Assembly (NCBI GenBank): GCA_964022095.1
Contig: CAXHZO010000005.1
Location: 52,870-116,869 of the forward strand
Direction: 5' to 3'
Length of the DNA stretch: 64,000 nt
From: an uncultured Arcobacteraceae bacterium
GTDB taxonomy: Bacteria; Campylobacterota; Campylobacteria; Campylobacterales; Arcobacteraceae
Made by a program: the position numbers and the translations under genes. The notes under the pieces are model-generated. The model saw only the letters and a list, made by a program, of their open reading frames with translations. It was not told where the DNA came from and ran no database searches. Below are positions 32,211-40,545 of this stretch, piece after piece (position 1 is the first letter of the stretch; every line of letters starts with the position of its first letter).

Positions 32211-33095
32211 ATGGAAAAAATAAATTGTGCATTAATTGGGTCTGGAAATATTGGAACAGACCTAATGTATAAACTAAAAAGAAGTGAAATATTAAATCCT
32301 TTATGGATGGTTGGTATTGACCCTGAGTCTGATGGTTTATTAAGAGCTAAAGAAGATGGTATGAAAACAACAGCCGAAGGTGTTGATGGATTACTTCCTT
32401 TTATTAAAGAAGATGGTGTAAAGATTGCATTTGATGCAACATCAGCTTATGTTCATGGTGAAAATAATAAAAAGTTAGCGGAACTTGGAGTTCAAGTTAT
32501 TGATTTAACTCCTGCTGCAATAGGACCATTTTGTGTGCCATCAGTTAATATGGAAGAGCTACTTGCTCAAAATACTCAAAATGTAAATATGGTTACTTGT
32601 GGTGGGCAAGCTACTATTCCTATGATTGCCGCTGTATCAAAAGTTCAGGAAGTTGAATATGCAGAAATTGTAGCAACAGCAGCTTCTAAGTCAGCAGGTC
32701 CAGGAACTCGTGCTAATATTGATGAGTTTACTGAAACTACAAAACTTGGAATAGAGCAAGTAGGTGGTGCTAAAAAAGGTAAAGCAATTATTATTTTAAA
32801 TCCTGCAGAACCACCTTTAATGATGAGAGATACAATTCATTGTTTAACAAGTGAAAAACCTGATGAAGAAGCTATTACTAAATCAATCCATGAAATGGTT
32901 GAAACTATGCAAGAGTTTATTCCAGGGTATGTGTTAAAAAATGGACCAGTTTTTGATGGTAATAAAATCTCTATTTGGTTAGAAATTGAAGGTTTGGGGG
33001 ATTATTTGCCTAAGTATGCAGGTAACCTAGACATTATTACAGCAGCAGCAACAAATATTGCAGAACAAATGGCTAAAAAGATTAAAGGAGCATAA
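32211..33095 (+). CDS. dmpF: acylating acetaldehyde dehydrogenase
   Basis: [22 protein letters not shown] and YAGNLDI motifs. Confidence 0.95.
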   Translation: MEKINCALIGSGNIGTDLMYKLKRSEILNPLWMVGIDPESDGLLRAKEDGMKTTAEGVDGLLPFIKEDGVKIAFDATSAYVHGENNKKLAELGVQVIDLTPAAIGPFCVPSVNMEELLAQNTQNVNMVTCGGQATIPMIAAVSKVQEVEYAEIVATAASKSAGPGTRANIDEFTETTKLGIEQVGGAKKGKAIIILNPAEPPLMMRDTIHCLTSEKPDEEAITKSIHEMVETMQEFIPGYVLKNGPVFDGNKISIWLEIEGLGDYLPKYAGNLDIITAAATNIAEQMAKKIKGA

Positions 33096-33096
33096 G

Positions 33097-34125
33097 ATGG
33101 ATTTACAAGGTAAAAAAATAAAAATTCATGATATGTCTTTAAGAGATGGAATGCACTCAATTAGACATCAATTTTCACTTGAAGAGATGACAAATATGTC
33201 AACAGCAATGGATAAAGCAGGTGTTCCTTTTATTGAAGTTACTCATGGAGATGGACTTGGTGGTTCATCACTTAACTATGGATGGGGAAGACATACTGAT
33301 GAAGAGTGGTTAGATGCAGTAGTGCCAAATATGACACAAGCTAAAATCTCAGCTCTTTTACTTCCAGGAATCGGTATTGTAAAAGATTTAGAAAAAGCTG
33401 TTGATCATGGTATTTCTATGGTTAGAGTAGCAACTCATTGTACGGAAGCTGATTGTTCAGCCCAACATATAAAAGCTGCTAAATCAATGGGACTTGATAC
33501 AGTTGGATTTTTAATGATGGCTCATATGGTTGATGAAAAAAGATTAGTTGAGGAAGCTTCTAAAATGGTTTCTTATGGAGCTACTACTATTTATGCAACT
33601 GATTCAGCTGGCTACTTACTTCCTGATATGGTAAGTTCTAGAATTAAAGCATTAAAAGCAGAGTTTGGTGATGAAATTGAACTTGGTTTCCATGGGCACA
33701 ATAATTTATCAATGGGTGTTGCAAACTCTTTAGCTGCTATTGAAGCAGGTGCTACACGAATTGATGCTTCACTTGCAGGTTTTGGAGCAGGTTCTGGAAA
33801 CACTGCAACTGAAGTATTAGTTGCTGTTTGTAATAGAATGGGTGTTGATACAGGTGTTAATCTTGAAGCTATTGAAGATGCAGCTGAGGATATTGCACTT
33901 CCTATTATGGGTAAACCTACAAGAATCTCAAGGGATTCTATTACTTTAGGTTATGCAGGTGTTTATTCATCATTTTTACTATTTGCTAGACGAGCAGAAG
34001 AAAAGTATGGAATAGATGCAAGATCTTTACTTGTTGAATTAGGTAGAAGAGGAATGATTGGTGGTCAAGAGGATATGATTGATGATTGTGCTATGGAATT
34101 AGCTAAACAAAAAGGATTATTATAA
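33097..34125 (+). CDS. dmpG: 4-hydroxy-2-oxovalerate aldolase
   Basis: [21 protein letters not shown] and [13 protein letters not shown] at 33097 after AAGGAG. Confidence 0.95.
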   Translation: MDLQGKKIKIHDMSLRDGMHSIRHQFSLEEMTNMSTAMDKAGVPFIEVTHGDGLGGSSLNYGWGRHTDEEWLDAVVPNMTQAKISALLLPGIGIVKDLEKAVDHGISMVRVATHCTEADCSAQHIKAAKSMGLDTVGFLMMAHMVDEKRLVEEASKMVSYGATTIYATDSAGYLLPDMVSSRIKALKAEFGDEIELGFHGHNNLSMGVANSLAAIEAGATRIDASLAGFGAGSGNTATEVLVAVCNRMGVDTGVNLEAIEDAAEDIALPIMGKPTRISRDSITLGYAGVYSSFLLFARRAEEKYGIDARSLLVELGRRGMIGGQEDMIDDCAMELAKQKGLL

Positions 34126-34913
34126 TGGCATTAGATAAAGCAACAATAGAAAAACTTGCAAAGCATTGTGAAGATGCAGAATTGCAAGCTTATGAGATTA
34201 CAAAAATTACTGATGATTACCCAGAAATGACATATGAAGATGCATATGATATTCAATGGACTGCAAGGGCTGCTAAGGAAGCAAGAGGTCATAAAATAGT
34301 TGGTATGAAAATGGGGCTTACTTCACAGGCTAAAATGAAACAAATGGGAGTTCCAAATCCTTGTTATGGATATCTTGCTGATTACTTTGCATATGGTGAT
34401 GGGGCAGAAATACCATATGACGAATTAATTCATCCAAAAGTTGAAGCTGAAATTGCTTTTGTATTAAAAGATGATTTAAGTGGTCCGGGATGTCATATAG
34501 GTGATGTATTAGCTGCTACTGATTTTGTAATGCCTGCTGTTGAGATTATTGATTCAAGATATAAGGATTTTAAATTTGATTTAAAATCTGTAATTGCTGA
34601 TAACTCTTCATCTTCTAGATATGTAAGTGGTGGTATGGCAAAAAAAGCTAATGAAGTTGATTTAAAAACTTTAGGTGTCGTAATGGAAATAAATGGTGAA
34701 GTTGTACAACTTGGAGCAGGAGCTGCAGTTCTTGGTCATCCAGCAACTGCTATTGCAATGCTTGCAAATATGATGAGTGAACGAGGTGAGGTTTTAAAGG
34801 CTGGATCTTATATCTTAAGTGGAGCAATTACAGCTGCAACTACTGTTAATAAAGGTGATAATGTAACTGTTAAGTTTCAAGATTTAGGAACTTTATCATT
34901 TAAATTTGTATAG
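34125..34913 (+). CDS. dmpH: 4-oxalocrotonate decarboxylase
   Basis: KMGLTSQAKMKQMGV and FDLKSVIADNSSS motifs. Confidence 0.92.
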   Translation: MALDKATIEKLAKHCEDAELQAYEITKITDDYPEMTYEDAYDIQWTARAAKEARGHKIVGMKMGLTSQAKMKQMGVPNPCYGYLADYFAYGDGAEIPYDELIHPKVEAEIAFVLKDDLSGPGCHIGDVLAATDFVMPAVEIIDSRYKDFKFDLKSVIADNSSSSRYVSGGMAKKANEVDLKTLGVVMEINGEVVQLGAGAAVLGHPATAIAMLANMMSERGEVLKAGSYILSGAITAATTVNKGDNVTVKFQDLGTLSFKFV

Positions 34914-34918
34914 AAAAT

Positions 34919-35068
34919 AAGAGCAACTTATTGCTTTTAAAAAATGGGATATTTTAAGGACAACTTGTTGTCCCTTTAGGGTTTGCTTCTTTAAAGATGG
35001 CTTTGCCATCTTGTTAAAAGAAGTTAAATATGTAAGGTCCCTTAAAAAATGGGACATTTTTTAAGGAG
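34919..35068. repeat. cluster of short palindromes between dmpH and dmpI; the last stem overlaps the dmpI SD
   Basis: GGACAAC-tt-GTTGTCC; AAGATGGC-ttt-GCCATCTT; CCTTAAAAAATG-gga-CATTTTTTAAGG; TTAAAAAATGGGA occurs twice. Confidence 0.7.
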
Positions 35069-35074
35069 TATATT

Positions 35075-35266
35075 ATGCCAATAGCAACTATAAATATAAT
35101 CGAAGGCAGATCTGATGAGCAAAAAGAGAAGCTTATAGAAAAAGTAACTCAAGCAATTCACGAAGCTATAGATGCACCAAAACAAAATGTTAGAGTGATT
35201 TTAAATGAAATGCCAAAACAACATTTTGGAATAGGTGGAGAAAGTGTAAAAAAGATGGGGCGATAA
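35075..35266 (+). CDS. dmpI: 4-oxalocrotonate tautomerase
   Basis: N-terminal Pro (MPIA), EGRSDEQK and FGIGG; 63 aa. Confidence 0.95.
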   Translation: MPIATINIIEGRSDEQKEKLIEKVTQAIHEAIDAPKQNVRVILNEMPKQHFGIGGESVKKMGR

Positions 35267-35267
35267 A

Positions 35268-36275
35268 GTGTTAAAATTAAGTGTATTAGACCAATCTCCA
35301 ATTCATGATGGAAAAGAAGCAAAGCAAGGCTTATTTGATACTATTGAATTAGCAAAATCTTGTGAAGACTTAGGTTATTATAGATATTTATTAGCAGAAC
35401 ATCATGATACACCTGGCTATGCTTCTTGTGCCCCTGAGATTATGGTTAGTGCAGTTGCTTCAAATGCTTCAAAAATTAGAGTTGGTAGTGGTGGAGTTAT
35501 GCTAAATCACTATAGCTCTTTTAAAGTAGCAGAGACTTTTAATACACTTAATGCTTTATACGATAATAGGATTGATTTAGGTGTAGGAAGAGCTAGTGGC
35601 GGAAGTTTTTTAGCTACTAGAGCTTTGCATTCAAATCAAAGTGATTATTCAAAAAAAGTTTATGAAACAATAAATTATTTAGATAAAACAGTTCCTTTAA
35701 ATTCTTCATTTAGTGGATTGACTTTATCCCCAGTTCAAGAAAATAGTACTCCTGTGTATTTACTAGGTTCTAGTAATTCAAGTTCTTCTTTAGCAGGAGT
35801 TTTAGGTGCAGGTTTTATCTTAGCACTATTTATAGGAACACATGAAAGAAATTCTTCAATAATACAAGAGTATAAAAAAACATTTAATAAAAGTCATAAT
35901 TTTAAAAAGCCAAAAGCTAGTATTGCAGTTGCTTGTATTGTTGCAAAGGATAAAGAAGAAGCAAGATATATAGCAAGTACACATACTTATTGGAAGTTAC
36001 AAGCTTTCAGACAGCCTACAAGGGATGATTTACAAAGCCCACAAGCAGTTCAAGAACTAATAAAAGATTTAAGCCTTGAAGATAGACAATATTATGAAGA
36101 AACAATGAATACCATGATATTGGGTAATGCAAAAGAGTGTAAAGAAGAAATAGAGAAATTAGCTTTAGAATATGAAGTTGATGAGGTAATTATTGTGAAT
36201 GTGACTTATTCTTTTGAGCATAGAAAAAGATCATATGAACTTTTAGCAAAAGAGTTTGATTTAAATAAGGAGTAA
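35268..36275 (+). CDS. luciferase-like (LLM) flavin-dependent oxidoreductase
   Basis: LSVLDQSP, AEHH, RVGSGGVML and RIDLGVGRA motifs. Confidence 0.88.
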   Translation: MLKLSVLDQSPIHDGKEAKQGLFDTIELAKSCEDLGYYRYLLAEHHDTPGYASCAPEIMVSAVASNASKIRVGSGGVMLNHYSSFKVAETFNTLNALYDNRIDLGVGRASGGSFLATRALHSNQSDYSKKVYETINYLDKTVPLNSSFSGLTLSPVQENSTPVYLLGSSNSSSSLAGVLGAGFILALFIGTHERNSSIIQEYKKTFNKSHNFKKPKASIAVACIVAKDKEEARYIASTHTYWKLQAFRQPTRDDLQSPQAVQELIKDLSLEDRQYYEETMNTMILGNAKECKEEIEKLALEYEVDEVIIVNVTYSFEHRKRSYELLAKEFDLNKE

Positions 36276-36277
36276 AA

Positions 36278-37096
36278 ATGTCAAATCCAGAAATAGCAAA
36301 TAGTATTAATACGGGTAATTATAATACTAACTATCATGATTTAGGTGAGGGTGAAGTAGTTTTATTTATCCATGGTTCAGGACCAGGGGTTTCAGCCTTT
36401 GCAAACTGGAGATTAACAATGCCCCAGCTTGCAAAAAACTTTAGAGTAATAGCTCCTGATATGGTAGGCTTTGGTTATAGTGATAGACCTAATGATATTA
36501 CTTATAGTATGGATGTATGGGTAGAGCAAGCTATTAATTTAATGGATGCTTTAAAAATAGAAGAATTTAATATCGTTGGTAACTCTTTTGGTGGAGGCTT
36601 GGCTTTATGTTTAGCTATAAAATATCCAAATAGAGTGAATAAAATGGTATTAATGGGTGCAATGGGTGTTGATTTTGAAATAACAGCTGGACTTGATCAA
36701 GCATGGGGATATACTCCAAGTATAGAAAACATGAAAGCTTTATTAGATACATTTGCATATAGTAGAGAACTAGTAACAGATGATTTAGCAAAAATGAGAT
36801 ATGAAGCTAGTATTAGACCTGGATTTCAAGAATCATTTAGTTCAATGTTTCCCGAACCAAGACAAAATAGTGTAAAATCAATGGCAAGTGATGAAAAAGA
36901 AATAGCTTCTATTGATAAAGATGTTTTAATTATCCATGGTAGAGATGATAAGGTGATTCCTTTTGAAAACTCAATTAGATTGCATAATCTAATAGAAAAG
37001 TCACAATTACATGGTTTTGGACAATGTGGACATTGGTCTCAAATAGAACATAAGGATAGATTTAATAAACTACTTGAAGATTTCTTTTTAGAATAG
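36278..37096 (+). CDS. dmpD: 2-hydroxymuconic semialdehyde (meta-cleavage product) hydrolase
   Basis: HGSGPGVSAFANW, GNSFGG nucleophile elbow, HGRDD, CGHWSQIE. Confidence 0.9.
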   Translation: MSNPEIANSINTGNYNTNYHDLGEGEVVLFIHGSGPGVSAFANWRLTMPQLAKNFRVIAPDMVGFGYSDRPNDITYSMDVWVEQAINLMDALKIEEFNIVGNSFGGGLALCLAIKYPNRVNKMVLMGAMGVDFEITAGLDQAWGYTPSIENMKALLDTFAYSRELVTDDLAKMRYEASIRPGFQESFSSMFPEPRQNSVKSMASDEKEIASIDKDVLIIHGRDDKVIPFENSIRLHNLIEKSQLHGFGQCGHWSQIEHKDRFNKLLEDFFLE

Positions 37097-37104
37097 GAGT
37101 AGAT

Positions 37105-38043
37105 ATGAACTTTTTAATTTTAGGTACAGGTGGAATAGGCGCATTTTACGGAGCAAGATTATTAAGTTCATCAAATAAAGTTACATTTGTCGCAAGGAGT
37201 TTGCACTTAGAAGCTATAAGAAAAAATGGCTTACAAGTGCAACATCCTGATTTTTCCTTCTCTCAAAAAGTAGATGTATCACAACTACAAGATATAGACT
37301 TCACTTCTTTAAATATTGATGTAATAATTCTAACTACAAAATCAAATACAACTAAAATAATAGCAAAAGAGCTTTCTTTTAAACTAGATACATTAAAAGA
37401 CAAACCATATATTTTATCTTTACAAAATGGTGTTGAGAATGAGAAATTTTTATGTGAATATTTTCAAAAAGATAAAATAATAGGTGGACTAACTAGAAAA
37501 ATAGGTGCTCATATTATAAAACCCTCTTTTATAGAAGCCACAGGTAAAGTAGAAACTCTAATAGGTGCAATTTCCCAAACTAAAGAAAACACAGCTTTTT
37601 TAAAGAAGTTAAATAAAAGTATAAATGAAGCTGGTATTTTATGTGAAGTTGTTGATGATATAAATAAAGAGCTTTGGAAAAAACTTATTATAAACAATGG
37701 AGTAAATGCTATTTGTGCTTTACTCAAAATTAAAACTGGTGTTTTAATGAATAATGAAAAACTTTCATCTTTAGTTTATAGTCTAATGAAAGAGACTCAA
37801 AGTGCTGCAAAAGCTTGTAGTATAGAAATTACTAACAATGAACTAAGTCAAATGTATGAGTTAATTAAAAATTTTGACTCAATTAAACCCTCAATGCTAG
37901 TTGATAGAGAGTTTAAAAGAGAATTAGAAATAGATGAAATCTGTAATGTAGTAATAAACTATAATAAAATGCAAAATATAGATAGCCCTTATACTAAATC
38001 AATCTCTTATTTACTTGATTTTGTGTATAAAAATGAAAAATAA
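37105..38043 (+). CDS. panE: ketopantoate reductase (ApbA/PanE) family protein, copy 2
   Basis: GTGGIG, LQNG, LWKKLIIN and KPSM motifs. Confidence 0.75.
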   Translation: MNFLILGTGGIGAFYGARLLSSSNKVTFVARSLHLEAIRKNGLQVQHPDFSFSQKVDVSQLQDIDFTSLNIDVIILTTKSNTTKIIAKELSFKLDTLKDKPYILSLQNGVENEKFLCEYFQKDKIIGGLTRKIGAHIIKPSFIEATGKVETLIGAISQTKENTAFLKKLNKSINEAGILCEVVDDINKELWKKLIINNGVNAICALLKIKTGVLMNNEKLSSLVYSLMKETQSAAKACSIEITNNELSQMYELIKNFDSIKPSMLVDREFKRELEIDEICNVVINYNKMQNIDSPYTKSISYLLDFVYKNEK

Positions 38044-38050
38044 AACTATT

Positions 38051-38083
38051 TGCGATTAATCTGCGATAAGTTTTTATTATTAT
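38051..38083 (+). promoter_or_regulatory. TGCGAT tandem box plus -10 element before an ORF-less segment
   Basis: TGCGAT-TAATC-TGCGAT-N10-TATTAT. Confidence 0.7.
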
Positions 38084-38089
38084 TACCTT

Positions 38090-38278
38090 TGAAATAGGTG
38101 CAAGTGATATATTTATTTTTGAAGTTGTAGTACCTATTATGTTTTTTGCTTTTAAACTTATAAATGCTTTCTTTTTATCACTTACAACTTCAAAGCGACT
38201 TATATGAAGTTTCTCCTTTCATAAAAAAATGATTTAGACATAAATACGGCATTTTATATGCCGTATGCCCTTATTTTA
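38090..38278 (+). ncRNA. candidate structured sRNA or leader RNA with anti-SD loop
   Basis: Own promoter box; several complementary segments; TATGAA-gtttctcct-TTCATA hairpin; terminal ATACGGCAT-tttat-ATGCCGTAT hairpin. Confidence 0.5.
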
Positions 38279-38290
38279 ACTTATAAAAAG

Positions 38291-38323
38291 TGCGATAATT
38301 TTGCGATTTAATTTAATTAAAAT
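38291..38323 (+). promoter_or_regulatory. TGCGAT tandem box plus -10 element, promoter of the porin gene
   Basis: TGCGAT-AATTT-TGCGAT-N10-TAAAAT; the 17-mer is identical to the dmpK site. Confidence 0.78.
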
Positions 38324-38398
38324 CTTTAATGTAGAGTACCAACTATATATTGCGCGTGTATGGTAGTCTAGAAAATTTCGAAATCTTGGAGAGATAAA

Positions 38399-39565
38399 AT
38401 GAAAAAAATTACAAAATTAAGTATGGCTGTATGTTTACTACTTAGTAGTTCAGTTTTTGCTGATACTTTAGAAGAAGCATTTTCTAATTCAAAAGTAAAG
38501 GGTGAATTAAAAGCACAATACTTTGATAAGCAAAGTCCATTAGATGGTAAAAACGATAATATTTTTGTTATAGGTGGAAATATAAATATCGTAACGGGTT
38601 CTTTTTATGGATTAAATGCAGGAGTTACATTTCAAGCTTCACATGTAGTAGATAGATCTATTGAGGCAACAAATGATTTTGCTAACACAATGGATGCATC
38701 AGGTGCTGTAATGTCTGAATCATATTTAGCATATACTTTAAATAATACAACATTAAAAGTTGGTAGACAGTATATTACAACTCCTTTAGTTGCAGGATCT
38801 GGGTCTAGAATGATTAAAGAGTCTTTTGAAGGTGTTACTTTAACAAATACAGATTTAGCTGATACAACTATAGTTGCTGCATATGCAAATAAGTTCCAAG
38901 GAAGAACAGATGGTGCTGAAAACCCAGGTGAGTTTGATAAGTATGAAGATGGAGCATATACTTTATATCTGAAAAACAACTCTATTGAAAACTTGACACT
39001 ACAAGGTCAGTATTTAGATGTAGATGGAAGTACTGCAAATACTGATAAAAATGCTTTATATATAGATGGTGTTTATGATGCTAGTATTGCAAAAGTTTCA
39101 CTACAAGTAATTGATTCTACAAATGATAGTAATGCTAAGTCTGATGGTAGATTATATGGGGCTAAAGTTAGTGGAAATATAGGAATGGTTAATTTAACAG
39201 GATTATATACAAGTACTACTGATGATGGTGATGTATTTGTTGGTGCTGGAAATGGTGCTGATTCTGGTTATACAGCTTTACCAATTCATGGTGGAAGTGT
39301 AACATATAAAGCAAACACAGATACAATGGTTGCTGTTGCAGCTACACAATTAGCAGGGGCTACTGTTGTTGCGTATATAGGACAAGTAAAATCACCTGAT
39401 AATAATAACTTAGGTGGTTCAGATAAGATTGATGCTTATGGTGGATTTGTACAGTATGCATTTAATAAAAATTTCTCAACAAAAGTTATGTATGAAAACG
39501 CTTCATTTAGCGATACTTTAAAAGATTCAAATGCTTTAAGAGTTTATACTTCATATAAATTTTAG
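38399..39565 (+). CDS. outer-membrane porin (OprD/Campylobacterota Opr-like)
   Basis: Signal peptide, LKVGRQYITTPL motif, C-terminal YKF beta-barrel signature. Confidence 0.82.
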   Translation: MKKITKLSMAVCLLLSSSVFADTLEEAFSNSKVKGELKAQYFDKQSPLDGKNDNIFVIGGNINIVTGSFYGLNAGVTFQASHVVDRSIEATNDFANTMDASGAVMSESYLAYTLNNTTLKVGRQYITTPLVAGSGSRMIKESFEGVTLTNTDLADTTIVAAYANKFQGRTDGAENPGEFDKYEDGAYTLYLKNNSIENLTLQGQYLDVDGSTANTDKNALYIDGVYDASIAKVSLQVIDSTNDSNAKSDGRLYGAKVSGNIGMVNLTGLYTSTTDDGDVFVGAGNGADSGYTALPIHGGSVTYKANTDTMVAVAATQLAGATVVAYIGQVKSPDNNNLGGSDKIDAYGGFVQYAFNKNFSTKVMYENASFSDTLKDSNALRVYTSYKF

Positions 39566-39594
39566 TAATTTAGTATAGTATAAAAGCTGTTTTT

Positions 39595-39626
39595 AAGGGT
39601 TCAAGTATATACTTGAACCCTTTTTT
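39595..39626 (+). terminator. intrinsic terminator after the porin
   Basis: AAGGGTTCAAGTATATACTTGAACCCTT palindrome followed by a T-run. Confidence 0.85.
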
Positions 39627-39655
39627 AATTTAAATTTTTTTCAAAAGAAGTTATT

Positions 39656-40543
39656 ATGCAGTATTATATTTTATTAGTTTTAGCAGTACTTTTTTGGTCA
39701 GGTAACTTTATTGCCGGTAGATTTATTTCAACTGATATTGAACCTATGGAGTTGTCTTTTTATAGATGGCTATTTGTTTTAGTATTATTATCTCCATTAT
39801 TTATAATCTATTATAAAAATATTTTAAAAGTTTTAAAAAAGCAGTATTTGATCCTAATAGTTCTTGGTGCCTTAGGGGTTGCTTCTTTTAATACTTTTTT
39901 ATATTATGGTTTACAAACAACAACGGCTACAAATGCACTTCTGATAAACTCTTCAACTCCAATTTTTATAATTGTATTTTCAGCAATTATATTAAAAGTA
40001 TCAATAAGTAAAATTCAATTATTTGGAATTTTTTTATCAACATTTGGAGTGATATTTCTAATAATCAAAGGTGATTTAAATCATTTAGCAGACTTGACTT
40101 TTGAAAAAGGTGATTTATGGATTATAAGTTCTAGTATTGTTTGGGCATTATATTCTGTATTATTAAAATTTAAACCAAAAGAATTAGGTGGATTTGAATT
40201 TTTAATAGTAACAACTTTTATTGGGGTAGTAATTTTATGTTTTGCTTTTTATGCTCAAGGATATAGCTTTTCATTACAGTTTGCATCAAATGAAAAACTA
40301 TTATATGCAATGATCTATATAGTGATATTTCCTTCAATTTTATCATTTTATTTTTGGAATATATCAACACCACAAGTTGGAGCAAATAAAGCTGGGCAAT
40401 TTGCACATATAATGCCAATTTCAGGTGCAATTCTTGCTTATTTTATTTTAGACGAAAGAATGCATTTTTATCATTTTATTGGAATTATATTAATTTTTAC
40501 TGGTATATATTTATCGATTTTTTATAAACGAAAAGTTTTTTAA
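39656..40543 (+). CDS. DMT/EamA family transporter
   Basis: About 10 TM helices; FWSGNF, GLQTTTATNA and GD...WALYS repeats. Confidence 0.88.
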   Translation: MQYYILLVLAVLFWSGNFIAGRFISTDIEPMELSFYRWLFVLVLLSPLFIIYYKNILKVLKKQYLILIVLGALGVASFNTFLYYGLQTTTATNALLINSSTPIFIIVFSAIILKVSISKIQLFGIFLSTFGVIFLIIKGDLNHLADLTFEKGDLWIISSSIVWALYSVLLKFKPKELGGFEFLIVTTFIGVVILCFAFYAQGYSFSLQFASNEKLLYAMIYIVIFPSILSFYFWNISTPQVGANKAGQFAHIMPISGAILAYFILDERMHFYHFIGIILIFTGIYLSIFYKRKVF

Positions 40544-40545
40544 TC

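Noticed and set aside
35040-35068. GGA-loop hairpin as a CsrA site
   Set aside because: The loop context is not ANGGA and csrA is absent from its usual locus
38139-38207. 22-codon ORF MFFAFKLINAFFLSLTTSKRLI inside the sRNA candidate
   Set aside because: No Shine-Dalgarno sequence upstream; such ORFs arise by chance in T-rich DNA, though a leader peptide cannot be fully excluded
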